From Adineta vaga (taxonomy: Eukaryota; Animalia; Rotifera): a DNA stretch of 64,000 nt. The DNA is taken from positions 10,416,001-10,480,000 of the forward strand of contig CP075495.1 in the NCBI GenBank assembly GCA_021613535.1. Direction: 5' to 3'. A program made the translations under genes and the position numbers. The notes under the pieces were generated by a model. The model saw only the letters and a list, made by a program, of their open reading frames with translations, did no database searches and was not told where the DNA came from. Positions 1 through 14,591 of the stretch are shown piece after piece (position 1 is the stretch's first letter; every line of letters begins with the position of its first letter).

Positions 1-1971
1 TTGCTGCTGCTGTAGCAACTCTTGATCGATAATAGACTACAACACGCTCTCTTATGTTACAGCAAGAAGGAGCATCCTCATCAACTTCAAACTATGTTAT
101 TAGATTCTCTTTATGTATTTTCTCCCTCTCTCTTTCTCTCTCTCGTTACCTTTCTAATAAGAGCCATTTTCGAAAACGCTCTAATGAATATCATAGGAAG
201 AAAAAAAAAATAAAGAAATAATGATAAGAAGAACTTAATGATGAGATGCGACTCTAGTTCGAAGAAAGTGAGAAGAGAGGAGAGAGAAGAGTGACTGGCC
301 GAGAGTTTGTCTTTGTTCGACGACAATGATGACGGCAAACGTAGGTGCAAATGGTTAATTGATGATGTATATATATATATATATAAATGTGCGGCTGCCA
401 CTCTTTCTCCTTTTCTTTTCTCGTTTTGATTCATGAAGTGGAATTTTTAATTGAATGTGCAAGATTTCCGCCATTGCCGATCTATGATGACGGCAAGAAT
501 AACAATTCCAAACTCTGAAAAGATACACACTTGGTATTAAGAAAAAGTAAATCATTCGAATAAATAGTTGAAAGTCGAGAAAGTCATTGTTGATTATCAA
601 CATAAATACTTCTGTATAACCATTTGAAAATAGTTCATAAACGTTAAAAGAAAATGAGCTTGTTCTTTTTCCTTCTGTCATTGTAATAACAGTGATCTTA
701 TACTATATCATATTTGAAGCATACTAATTGAAGTAGCAGGAGGAGATTTTCTTACATCGAATGATCAATCAGAACAAAAACTTCTTCTACTTCTTACCTA
801 TTACTGTGTATGTTGGATCGCATGACAGAAAAGTCAAGACATCTATCTATCTAAAACTAAGGCAAATGTCTTTCTTATTATTCATTGACATAGCCAACTT
901 CAAAATGAGGAAACAGTGACGAGAGGAAACGGAAAATCCTCACCAATTACAGTGTTCGAATCCATCTGATGATAATAATGATGATTGTGTAGAGACGTTC
1001 CACACCCAAATGAGCTATTCCGTATAGATTAACATCCTAAAAAAATACTCTCGGTGTGAAAAGAAAAAAAAGGAACTGTCAGTTCGTATTGCTTTGTCTA
1101 GTGGATAGAATTAGAAAACAGTTAAAAAATATAATCTATACGATTTATTCTGCTAAGATGCATTTGTCTATGTTCATCTATATTTTCCTTCTTTTTTTTA
1201 TCTATTATGTTTACTCGTGCGAGATGAAACTTTTTTTTTCTCTCCAATATATTCATATATACCATTGTCTCTGTTCATCGAAACACATTTATATCACGAA
1301 AGCATTCGTGTGTATTATCATCAGAATTCAACTAGTAAAAAAGAAAGCCTTGCTCTACTAGACATTGTGGAAATAATTTGGATTTTTCTCTTGTTCAATG
1401 AATAATCATAGAGACAATAAGCAACGGACGATTCCTATTAGTAATAATGATGTCAATAAATATTTTCATTTGTTTGTCATAATATTGATTCGGTTGAATC
1501 GGTAGTTTATCATAATTTGATTAGTTCTTTTTCTTATATGTACATTGAAAAATTCAAAATGATGATCATCAATGACAAGTCATTCTCATCGATGAAGAAA
1601 TATAAAACAATTTAATGAATATAGATCAATCACATATTACAATATAAGAAATAATTAGTTTTTCTTTTGAAATTTAACAGTTACTTTTGTTTTAGTTAAC
1701 TTATACGTCCATTCTTTTCTTTCCCTGTTAGAATAAATGAAGCACTGTTGGAAGAAAACTATATATGCTAGACGTTTTCTTACCTGTGAAAGAAAACAGA
1801 TGAATTATTTTGTCAATAATAAAAAAATAATTATTTCTTGGACGTTTTTTCTTTTTTGATTTTTCAAAATAAATACAAAAAAAACTTCATGGATACATCG
1901 ATATATTGATAAATTTTTAATTAAAAAGTCCAAAGAAGATTTTCTATATAGGAAAATCAAAGGAAGTCTTT

Positions 1972-1998
1972 TTCTTCTTCTTCTTCTTCTTCTTCTTC
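1972..1998. repeat. (TTC)n microsatellite
   Basis: Direct reading of a ttcttcttc... run. Confidence 0.9.
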
Positions 1999-3091
1999 TC
2001 TATTTCTATTATACTCTACATTGGCATTGAAGAGAACGAAGAATAACTCATTTGAATTTTTATTTGATTATCTTTCAAAATTGATTGATGATCCACTTTA
2101 CAAATCGATTTAATATTAGTCGTCGGCGAATAAGACTTTTACTATGACAAGTCGGATTGTTTTCAAAATATGATATCTAGCAAAAATTACATGAGAATAT
2201 TTCATCAGAACATGAATAATATGACTAAGCATTCGAAGTTTTGAGTTTGTGGTTTTGGAATAGTGGAAAAATCGACGATTTTTTTTGTTATGGAAAATAG
2301 GTATTGATGCTCAATGAGTGTAGACATTCTTACTTAATGGATAATTGATAGATGGAAAGAATCTAAAATAACTTTTTTTTCATGTTCTTGTCGGTAATCT
2401 TGATTTGATGTTTGTATTCTATCTTGCTTCATCCGTTCATAATTGAGAAAATATCGTAAATATCCCTGTAATAATCATTTAAAATTAGTTATTATGATCT
2501 CTTTAATTTTATATTCAAGAAAAGATTTCTAATTAGAATTCAGTAGAATTATTCTTAGATGCACGAGTTACATGTAAAAATAATACTAACGTCAACGAAG
2601 TCAATTTTGCATCTATGAAATAACATGAAATGTACAGATCTGAAGAGAAGAAATTCATTCTCTTAGAGATGGACTTTCTCCCTTTTAGTACATTGAGATG
2701 TGTGGTATTGAAAATACTTCTGTTCAAAACATGTCTACCTACACAAACAATAGTGAAGAGACATCAATTATAAGAAGAATATGCAACTAAAATATATGCT
2801 GATTATAAAAAGTGTAAGTAGTTTTTCGAGAACTCAGATCTATTAGTTAAAAACTTCAGTAATGTTGCCAGAAATATCTTTCATCATTGACGGTAAAATC
2901 ATTGCAGTTTTACAATATATATTGTTTTTTTTTTATATAAAATCTTGCATACGTAAATACACACACACACACAAAGGAAATACAATGGTATAAGAAATGA
3001 CATATCGTTTCGAACGATCTTTTTTTCTCTCTCTACAAAAAAGATAAGGATTTAAATAAATACATGTATTTAGTCATAATATTGTTGGTAT

Positions 3092-4644
3092 TTAATTTGA
3101 TTCATTTTGATTCTGTTGTGGTTCTTGTTGTTGTTTGGATAGAACATAATGATGAAATTTACTTAATTCACTGGTATTTTGCGTATAAATAATAGCTAAA
3201 CGTTCAATAAGAACTTTTACACAATGTGCACTAGCATAGATTAAACCAAATTTAAGAATTAAGAATCCAATTCCTTTGTAAAATCCTTGTATACCTTCAG
3301 TTTCTAGAATTGTTCGACAACAATCAAAAAAACCTAAATAACGCGTATTTATTGGTATACAACCAACACCTGTTTTGTCAAGATTATCCACAATTGTTCG
3401 TGTACCTTGTACAAACAAACGATTAACTATTGTTTCATATGGATAAAGTAAAATATTCGATAGAAATATTGAAAATAGATTTGCTTCAATACGTAGAAAT
3501 GATCGATTGACTAGATTAGGTATAGTATCAATAAGTTGACATTCGATATCATCAATTGTTTCAAATTGATGATGACTAGGCTTTCTAATTTGTTCTTGTT
3601 TATGAAAATTTTCTTCGCGTATTTTATAGAAATGATGATTGAGAAAATATTGTAAAACATGTCGCCCAATGAAATAAGGTAGACTTAAGGATATAAGATA
3701 CCATAATGGTAATGCCCGTGCATAAAAACCTGTTTTAATGCCTAATAAACGTTGAAATGGTTCAATAAAAATCGTTAATGGTGACCAATGATTATTAATA
3801 GTTAAATCCGATTGAATAGATCGAAGTAAATGTACTGAATACATTGGGATAAGAAGAAATGAACTGATTGATTTTAAAATAATATGTTTAATACGTAACG
3901 ATGGATGATTTAATGGAGCAATTTCATCTATTAAATTATCTGAAATTGTTTCTGCTGTTGTTAAGATTAGTGAACTAAAACAGCCTTTCCATAAAACACC
4001 ACTACCCTGTTGATATTTCATCGTATATATCATGCGAATCGCAGATAATGGTGTTAAATATGAACGTGAAGATTCACTTTGAATTTGTGCTTGACGTCTA
4101 AAAGATAGATTAGATATTGTAAAGTTCTATTGCATGCTATTCATAATTGACGAAGATTCGATAGTTACCTAAGTGTTTCAACGGAATAGAAAATCATATT
4201 TTCCAAAATCCATTTACTAATATTAAGTGAAACATCGATATTATGCTGTAAATATTGTTGACGTCGAAGAAAATAATGATCAATATGTTCGATTAATTCG
4301 GTTTCATCTTCATTATTTAATAAACTTGATGATGAATGAAAAGATTTTTCATGATCATTCTTTTTCAAGAGAGGACTTAGTAAAAGACTTGCTGGTGATG
4401 CTGGTAATTGTTGAATGAGACGACTTGGACTTTGTAGAAATGCTGGTAACGAAAGTTTTTGTCTTAAAGGTGACGATGATGAATTTCCATTAGCGCCATT
4501 TATTAATGAATTATCTGATGGAGATGAACGTGAATAATCTTCTGATATATAAGATGGTATACGAGCACGTGGTGACTGAAGATTCAAACCAGATGATGGA
4601 TTACTAGGTCGAAGACCCATATGGAGATCTGGATAGAGATTCAT
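3092..4644 (-). CDS. SLC25A46: Mitochondrial outer-membrane solute carrier SLC25A46-like; 2 coding exons (4644-4169, 4097-3092)
   Basis: Spliced product reads ETLRRQAQIQSESSRSYLTPLSAIRMIYTMKYQQGSGVLWKG and later LLYPYETIVNRLFVQGTRTIVDNLD...PINTRYLGFFDCCRTILETEGIQGFYKG. These match recalled SLC25A46 motifs. GT-AG intron 4168-4098 keeps the frame. Confidence 0.92.
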
Positions 4645-4757
4645 ATCATTTGTCTAGAATAATAGAAACAGAAAAACAAACATTTGAAATGTTTTTTTCT
4701 CACAGGAGCGCGCTTTGTATCTAACTTAAATTTCATATTCATTTTAAATTACGTCTA

Positions 4758-6112
4758 ATGACAACAGTATTTCGTTCGTATTTACCTCGGTTTAATTCAA
4801 ATACATATGCATCTATATCGAATGAACAATATTCATGTAGAACAAATTCCATCGTTTCACTTCATGATGAACAACTCAATGAAAATACCATGGATTCTTC
4901 ATTAATGAACACTCAACAAAATCTTCTTCAATCAAAGCCAACAACGATATGTTCGCTTCATTCTTCATCTCATAATGAATTCTTTACAAATGAAATCATT
5001 GAAGAAAATCAATCTCAACATATCGATTCCTTATCTGAACCTAAACAATTGAAAATATCTCGTTTAAAAAATAAGCCGACAAAACGAACGAAAAAACGTG
5101 GTCCTTGTTATTCACGTATGAATAAGAACTCACAACCATTACTAACTCGTCTTGTTGATACGATCTTTGGTGAATCTCAATATTATGATGAAAATCAAAC
5201 GAAAAAAAAACGAATCAGTCAACCGTCGAAAAAATTGATTCTTCCCTCGAATTCAACGATTCAAAAACAATTTGAAGATAATGAAAAAACTCTACGTTCA
5301 CTTGTCACACTTCTTACACAAATCGAATCGAATGTCAAAGTAACAAATAATCATATACCTTCGACCTCGAATGATCTATCGATAGAACAAGCTCGAAATA
5401 ACAATCGAATGGATGATACGTAAAACTTCATCGAGAACTAATGAATAAAAAAGAAAGTAAACTCTCTGACGAATATATTTTAGATCAATTTCTCATTCCA
5501 ATGATACTTATGAACATAAATCGAAAGCGAAATCAAAACGTTATACGAATTATCGATCAACGAAAAAAAATCATTTAAATAAAAGAAAACAGTCTGAAGA
5601 TGATACATTAAGTACTTCATCAATTACTACTACTCACTATTCATCGCAATCTTCACTAATAAATCAACGAAAAATGATTGATAATCAACAACAAACGCAA
5701 ATCTATCCGACGAAAATCAATATTGCAACATCAACACAATTTAATCAAGTCAATGATGCAATAGCTTCGGAACCATCATGGTTAGATGTCATGCGAGAAG
5801 ATCAAACAACTAATGATGCATGGGCTCGTATTCGACGAAGACTTAAACCTAATCAACAAAAAGATATTCTCAGGTAAAGAAGACAACATTTACCTTCATG
5901 AAGAGATTTCTTAACTACAAATATACTAATGATTAAAAACTGTCTGCAAACAAATATCGATTCGATAGCATCTATAGAAATTCTTACTCTCTATGTTTAC
6001 AAAAAAAAGGGTTGTACTTAATTTAATTGAATATTTTTTTTGTTATTCTAGAGCATTAATGATTATTTGTGCTAATCTATTCGAAGTACCAATTGAAAAC
6101 AAACATATTTAG
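4758..6112 (+). CDS. Uncharacterised Ser/Lys-rich protein; exons 4758-5419, 5484-5873, 6052-6112
   Basis: Three exons join in frame through GT-AG introns and end ...WARIRRRLKPNQQKDILRALMIICANLFEVPIENKHI*. No family recognised. Confidence 0.7.
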
Positions 6113-6308
6113 TCGACGGAATTGAAAATTTATTTCCAATAACATAGATCGATATGGAAGAATGAAAGTCATAGATGAAATTGTATGGAAATGAGGAAAG
6201 AAAGAAAAAAAGAGGAATCGCAAACAAAAATAGGAATGAGAGAAATTGCACTACCAAATATAAGAAATCAGATCACTTTAGAACCATGATTAGAAGGTTA
6301 ATTCCATT

Positions 6309-8465
6309 CTATCGAGCACCTAAAAATACAAATAAAAACATATCTTCATATAGATAGAGAAAGAATTATTCCATAGGAAAATACCATTTATTCGATTATT
6401 ATTTGTATTTGATAATTGAAATATTTGATCAATTTCTTTTTCCGACCATGGTTGTTGCCATTTAAGATAGTGTTGAAAAATTTTCAATGCGCGCCCTTGA
6501 TTATTGAGGAAATTTGAAATACGTTGTTTAAAATTTTCTTCCATATTTCCATGTTTGGATGAAATATGTAAACGCATACATTCACGTGACAATACAACAA
6601 AAAATTCTTCGTTTGAACAAGCATGACAACGATAGAAAACACAATGCGTTAACCATTTGTTTGCTATTTCATTCTGTGATAAAATGACAGCTTGTGCTTG
6701 ATATGTTGGTGAAACTTCAGCAATATCAGGTGTTTTCGAATTGGTTGATGAAAGTTTTCGAGTATTAATACGTGTTGTTTTTGTTGACCAATTCTCATCG
6801 ACTTTATCATTTGTATTCGAATATTTTTTTGTTGTACTTGAGACAGAGTGATTACGTGATAAGGAATGTTTATTATTATCATTCGAACAATTAACAATAC
6901 GTATCCGTGCGCCTTCATTCAAAGCAACTGACTGATATTTTGGTAAAGAATCGTTCGAATGTTCTTTGATTAATATTGGACTTGTACTTTTCTTTGGTTT
7001 CTGTTCACTTGAAAGAAATGATTCACTATTTGTTCGTCTAAGAAATAAACAATATCTATTGATATTCTATTTTCCATGAGATTCACTTACTCTTTGGATT
7101 GTTGATGATCTATAAGAGATACATCACTTTGTAATGGAGATCCGACTGTTAGATTTAAACTATCTCGTTTATCAACAACATCATTAAAATTACTATTACT
7201 ATGATTATCACTTATTCTTGAAGAAAATTTTTTAAGTCGTGTATCAAAACGACGACGATCATCATAATGTTGTCCATTATGAATTTGTGTTATTGACATT
7301 CCTGATGATGATGAAGATGATGATGATGCCGAACGTTTTTCAATTTCATATGATGAATCATCATGACGACGAATTTTTAATGGTGGTATAGATAATTCAT
7401 TATCATGATTGATTGTTGATTCTTGTTCATCATGATGAAATGATTGCGAGTGATGTCGTTTGAAAACTGTTTGTAAATTTGTTGTATAATTTATCATTGT
7501 ATCTCGTAACATATTCATTAATGATATTGATGTATAGGAAAAATCCTGTTGATGATCATAATTATGTACAATTATTTGAAATTCTTGACTAGCAATTGAG
7601 TGTAATAAATGAAAAGATATTCGGATATCAATTAAATAATTTTCAAAATGTTCATTGGTTGGTAATTTCACTAAAGTATGAAAATGTGGAGAAAATAAAA
7701 GAGGTAAATTTGAATGAGAATTAAATTCAAGTCTTTGTCGTGAATTAATTTGTGTTGGAATATTAATTATTAAATTAGTTGATGAAGAAAAAATCGGAGA
7801 AAGATTATCTTTTGTACGAGATTTTTTCGTTGGTAATTGAAAATGTTGGTTTATTCGTGCATGTTTTATACGAGCATAGAATAGATCACGTTCACGACGA
7901 GAATATTTATAAATATGATATGTGATTAATTTATCGTCGGATATTTGAGAATTTTCTTCTTCGTCATTGTCATCATCGGTAGGAATATAGATAGAAGAAT
8001 TTGTATAGAGACAATCTAAATCATCAAATGATGATTGTTTTGAAGATGGAACATAACCTTGTGAATATAAATTTGCTAATGGAATTTGTAGATTTAACTC
8101 ATTCGGAGATAATTGACGATCGAAATCATTTAAAGAAATTTGAGGTATGGATGGATGGAGTTTAACCACTGATAAGAAACAATGGTAAATGAATGCAAAA
8201 AAATGATGAACTTACTATAGAGTATATCACATTGACTTGGATGAAGTCGGGGTAGTTCAGGTTGATTATCATTAAACGAGTTAGTAGATTTTTCTATTTG
8301 ACAATGGGAAAAATGAGCAATTAATGTAGCACGATTGGTGAATTCAGCAGAACAAAAATGGCATAAGTATATCGGATTTCCTAAAAAAATGTAAATATGA
8401 TTTAATTATTCTAGTTATTTTATGGTCTATCAATGAGAAAGTGTACCTGTTGATGAAGTAGCCAT
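6309..8465 (-). CDS. Zinc-finger protein with an N-terminal C2HC finger and a C-terminal atypical C2H2 finger; about 5 exons
   Basis: Exons 8465-8447, 8380-8216, 8168-~7091, ~7037-~6385 and 6319-6309 join in frame. Motifs are YLCHFCSAEFTNRATLIAHFSHC and YRCHACSNEEFFVVLSRECMRLHISSKH, separated by a long low-complexity region. Confidence 0.72.
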
Positions 8466-9425
8466 GAAATTTTAATAATAAAAAATAAAATATCACCGGA
8501 AATCGTTCAGTTTAGCACAATTTTATTTCTTTCATGATCTAGAAAAGAAATATTTATTTTTACATAGTTTACATGATGATTTTTATCAACAATGCATTGT
8601 ACTAATCATCTTAATCTTCAAGAATCGTATTTCATTTGGAAATAATACTCTGACATGAAAATTATTACGATGTATCATATATATTGGAATATTCATTCTT
8701 AAAAAGTGACATGATGATTGTTAATAGTAATAAGAACTTTTGTCCTCGAAGCAAATCTTTCGAACAAAAACAAATATTTCACGTAATGATGGTTGAATAT
8801 CTATGAAAACATGAGTTTTGTAACTTTGTATGTGAAGATATCTGAGACGATGATCAATCTATGTATAGATGTCCATTTTTTTTTCGCATTGAAAGAAACG
8901 AGAGAAAAAGAATATAAATTCTAATTCAATGTAAATTCTTGATTGGTTAAGTGTTTTATTTATAACAGAAAAACTATGATAATAGATAGATGACGCTGTA
9001 TTTGATAGAAACAACGAGGATTTATGTTATCTAGAAAGAAAATGAATTGGATTTTGTTTCATAAAGAAATATATTTAATGTTGAATATGATCCAAAAAGT
9101 GAATGTCTAATTGCAAAAATGATAAGGCAAGAAAATATTTCCTAACAGAATTTATCTTTTCTATCAAGTTGAATTGATAATTGTATGAATAAAGAAATAC
9201 ACGAACACTTCTTCGATATTCTAATATTTGTTTGATTATGTAAATCCTATATCTTTATCTTGACAATGGCAAGGTTTTCTTTCTACTATTAGCTCCATCT
9301 GTTCGAAATATCTCCAATCCTAATCGAAGGATTTGAAAGGTGAATCATAAATAAAATAAATATTCTATCAGCCACTACGAACTGATCGAATCGAGCAATT
9401 GAACGTTTGTGGTTGAACAGCAAAC

Positions 9426-12400
9426 ATGTCTACACATGAATATAGTCTTCATTTTCTCGTCAGTGAACTTGTTCGAACATCTAAGTAATATTGATTTATA
9501 ATTTGCGAATTCAATTATGAAAGATTGCTTTTCAGTGTTAATTTAAAAGGAGCAAATCTTGCACCAGAAGCAATTGTTGATTATTTCAATAAAAACACTA
9601 ATCAACAAGCGAATACTTATACACCAGTAAGATTAATCGCATAATTATCATATGTATGATATTATTTATTGACATAGGCTGAATTATCGGATGCGAAACG
9701 TAAATTATTTGCGAATTCATCTTCAGCAAATGAGTTTGTAGAACTTTATGATAGTTTAAAAGCACGACAGTAAGTTTCGTTTTTTTCTCAATTCTATTAT
9801 TATGTATCGTTTTTATGTGTTAGTGTACGAGATTTGGATTCAGTTATTGTAATTCTTTCTCATATTATTGATAATCATGAAGTAATTATTGTTGTTGCTT
9901 AATTCACTTTTGTAATGTCTTTTTATTTTCGAGGTACGAGAATTACTTAAAACATCTCGTTCAATGTCAACAATAATGACAAGCCCTCAACAAAAACGTG
10001 TTCATAATCAAACTCGACCAACTATAAGTCCAACATCAACAATGAGTAAAATGCATTCAGCACATGTTCTTGCTGAAGTAAGTCTTTTTAAAATATTGTA
10101 CATTCATTTATTAAATATCCAAAATATATAATTAGATGAAAGATACATTGCTTCGACCAACATCGACAATATCACAGGCAGGTTCAATTATTTCCGAAGG
10201 AGAAATTCGTCGTCGAGGTAAAGTCATTTTACTTGATTATTTTAATTCTTACGAAGTCATTGATATTGAAGATTGAACATGAGATTACTTTGTTTTACAT
10301 TCTTTTAGCCATAACACCATCATCTTCAACAGAATTTTTTGGTCGACCACCATGGCTCAATGAACGACTTCGGCTTCAATGGGATTTTTATCCAACTCCT
10401 GAAAAATTCGAACCAGTAAATATTTTCCTTGTTAAAATTACTTTCCCATAAAAGATATTGACTACCTGTAAAGGATGTAGCCATTGGACGTCTTTCTGTT
10501 ATGGAACAAGAAGCAATTATCGTCGAAGATCTATTATTATGTATGTTAGTAAGTACTGATTTTAGTCTATTCAATTACAAATGATTATAAATTCGATTTA
10601 ATAAAGGGTATCGAAGGAAAATTCATAAAAACACCATCATTAACAGATAAACAAGCTCAACGTTCGTTTCATATCGATCGATCATTAGGTATGAAGATTT
10701 ATTCTTTCGAATGAAAAATTTCTTTTTCATTTCGTTTTAGATGCAACTTTGAGAGATTTAGCACGACGAATGGTACCACTTTGTTCGAATCATTCTTTAA
10801 TCGTACGATTTATTGAAGGTATATCGAGAACTGCGATTTCAAAAAGAATTTCTATCGAAATCATCTATCTACTTAGATCGTTTACAATATAAATATGGTT
10901 TAATCAATCATGCTCTTGCTGGAGCATTGAGAGAAGTTGTTCAAGTAAGAATACCTACGGAAAGATAGTGATATGTTTATTATTTTGTATTTTATTCTAG
11001 AGATACTATGTATTTGTCAGTCAATTAGAAACTCAGCAGCAACAAAATCAATTGACATTACAAACATTATGGTTTCATACTGAGCCAGTTATGGAAATGA
11101 TGGAAGTTGTTGCCAATATCGTCAGAACATTGAATAAGGTATGAAAGAAGATCATTGACTACATGTAGATATGAGTAATTGTCGATATTTATTGAACATT
11201 TTTCGATTATAGGGTAATACTGTTGGTCGTGCTGTGCTTGATCTTCTTCATGAACAAACTTTGAAATTATCCGGTCATAAACAAGCATATGACATCTGTT
11301 TTTTTCTTGCTAAATCAGCCTATAAACCATATTTAACAATGCTTGAAACATGGATTCATAATGGTTTAATTGATGATCCTTATGGTGAATTTATGGTACA
11401 AGAAAATAAAGATATTATTCATCATGAAAGTAGTCTTGAACAAGAATTTAATGATAAATTTTGGTCACGTCGTTATCTATTACAACGTAATAATACTCCT
11501 ATTTTATTTCAATCCTATTCCGAAATGATTTTAAATACTGGTAAATATTTAAATGCTATACGTGAAAGTGCCTTTGATTTCAATGATGATATGAATATGG
11601 ATATGTCAACATCAATACTACGTATTGATAAACAATTATTAATGAATAATTATAAAAAATTAGAATATACCATACATGAAAAAGATCTTGAAGAAACTTT
11701 AGAAGAAGCATATAAATATGCGAGTGAAATTTTATTAGATTTAATTTTAAATAAATATCATTTAATTGAACGTTTTCAAACATTAAAACACTATTTTCTT
11801 ATTGATAAAGGTGATTATATTGTTCAATTTATGGATTCAGCTGAAGATGAATTAACTAAACGTGCACGTGATATTGATGAAAATAAAATTCAATCCTTAT
11901 TGGATGTTTCATTAGCATTAACATCTGATGATCAATATAAAGATGATGTACGAATTAAAATGTTTCATTATGATTTAATATCTATGCTTGAACGTATTAT
12001 TAATATTGAATCTTCAATGAATTTAAATGAATCCATGGAACATAAATTAACTGGTTTAGAATCGTTTTCACTTGATTATGATGTTAAATGGCCAATATCA
12101 TTAGTTATCAATAGAAATTGTTTAACTCGATATCAAATGTTATTTCGATTTTTATTCTATATTAAATATATTGAACGATTATTATGTAATGTATGGCGTG
12201 CACATAAAAATGGTGGACGAAGACGACGACGAGGAAAAGAACGAAGAAATATGACAAAACCAAATGGAGCTGCTTATTTAAGACATAAAATGCTTCATTT
12301 TGTACAAAATCTTCTCTATTATATGAGTTTTGAAGTTATTGAATCACATTGGCATGCATTTCAAAATAATTTGAAAAAGGTACAGACATTAGAGATGTTC

Positions 12401-13151
12401 TACTGATTAATTTCTATCATTATTACTAACAAATTGATTCATAGAATAATGAATTAAGAATAATTTTTAACAATTCGTATTTCTTTAGGTAACAAATATT
12501 GATGAATTATTAAAATATCATTTATTATTTCTTGACAATTGTTTACGTGATTGTATGTTAACCAGTGTACATCTCTTACGACATATTCATAAAATTATGG
12601 CAACATGTGTAATGTTTGCTAATGCAATGGATAATGTTGATGATGATAATGATTATGATAGTTTACCAGGTGCAGTTGTGGCTAGTTTTAATACTAATTT
12701 TACTGATCAATTACGGCAATTACTGGATGCGATTTCAAAAGAAGATGGACCAGCTCATGGTACTAGTGGTGGTGGACAACAACATACATTAACAAATATT
12801 ATTCATAGGTAAAATTGAGATATATACATAATCAGAAAACTTGTTTTTATTTGATATTTTCCAAAGAATATCTGCTCTTTAAAGATTACTAGGAACTCAT
12901 GACCGTAAAAGATAATCTTTCAAAAACAGTATTCTAAAGGAAAAGTATTCATTTCTATGTATCAAGGAAAATAACAACAGATGTGGAAAAACATATCATC
13001 ATGATATTTTATCAATAAATAAGCACATAGAAGAAAATGATCATTGGCAAAGATACCATAGAAAATTTTCTATTTTAAAACAAGTAATCTGTTTTAATCT
13101 ATTTTTTTATTATTTAATTTTAGGATCAACTTTAACAATCAATACTGTTAA
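9426..13151 (+). CDS. TUBGCP2: Gamma-tubulin complex component 2; many short exons
   Basis: Motifs QEAIIVEDLLLCMLGIEGKFI, YGLINHALAGALRE, PYLTMLETWIHNGLIDDPYGEFMV, LKHYFLIDKGDYIVQFMD, LTGLESFSLDYDVKWPISLVINR and YMSFEVIESHW, with C-terminus RINFNNQYC*. Typical GRIP1/GRIP2 domains of GCP2. Confidence 0.93.
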
Positions 13152-14591
13152 AATTACATTCTTTGTCAACGACAATAAACCTATTTCTTTCTTTTCTTTG
13201 GTCAATAAAAAAACGTAGAATGTCAGTGTTCTTTCTTCTCTTTCTAAAAATAAACTACAGACACACTTGTCTTCTTTTCGGCGAACCTTTTTTTGTCATT
13301 CAAGAAAAAAACATATAGATTTAACCTTGTCTTTAATGTTTGAATGAGAATATTTTTATCATGGATTTTATTTATTCAAAATCTCTTTCTTTCTCTCTTT
13401 ATTCCACCAATTCATTTATAACAAATGTCATAACAAAAAAACAAAACAATATGATCATATCACACACAATGCATCTTCTCGCTTACTTTCTTTGTTTTCT
13501 TCAAAACGCAAATAAGAAGAACAGATGAAGAAGAAAAATCCACAAAACAAAAAGACTTATTCAAAAAATAAACTTCTTTGTTCGAATAAACCACATGAAT
13601 ATACATATGTATATAGACGTACAGAAAAATAAATAAAGTATACTGTTCTTCTTATATTATTGTCGAAAGAAATATACAAGCGTATAACAAGAAAATAACA
13701 GCAACAAAAAATAGTAATGTATGGAATCGAAATCCAGCTGGTCACCGGTCAATAGAAGAAAGAAAAAACTTATTACAATTTTACTCAATTATATCAAACA
13801 AGTTTGTTTTCCAATACTAAACTTCGCATCACGTAATAAAAAACAGTTGATTGTTATATTTACAATAGAATGAAAATCAGTAGAGAAAAAAAAGAAAACT
13901 TTTGAATTAATAAATGAACGTGTACTAAACTAAATAGATCCGAACTTGTTCTTATCCGAGAATATCTTTCTGACCAGCAGAGAAGTAAACACATCACTAT
14001 CCATCGAGCGGAACAATGTGAGAGAAAGAGAGAAGAGAAATGAATGTACATACATACAAACTCACGTGGCTTATCTGAAGTTGAGAGGCTTGAATAATAC
14101 ACAACATCAACAACAACAGTCAAGTTAAAAAAAATATGTATATATATGTATATATAAATAAATAGATAAAGAATGTTTTCTGGATTAGAAGAAAAAGAAA
14201 GTAAAACTGATCAACGAACAATTCTAGATTTATAATAACAATGTACTAAAGTTATTTTATGGAAAATATTTCCAAAAGCTATTACAATAATAACAACAAC
14301 TATAACAAACGTATGTACATTTAAACATGGATGAGTGTCTGCGCTTTTTTTTCTGCTCAAGTGAAAAATAAATTACATTGCACGGCACGATCATCAGAAA
14401 GTAGAAGAGTAAAATCACCGGTAGTTCACCTTTTACTGTTCAGAAAAATAAATATTCACCATAGTTTTTTTGTTTTATCCACCAGAAGAATATTTATGAT
14501 TGATCGTGTGACAAAAATGAGAACGAATGAGAGAGAAAGACAGAGAGAGAAAAATGCAGCTAACCTACTCATATGAAATGTACAAAGATAC

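Noticed and set aside
1-3000. Short ORFs (22-213, 111-434, 355-681, 1056-1405, 2533-2727)
   Set aside because: Low-complexity translations of AT-rich and microsatellite sequence. The region looks like UTR, intron or promoter of a gene off the left edge. Bases 1-36 may be a minus-strand exon, but there is too little to call.
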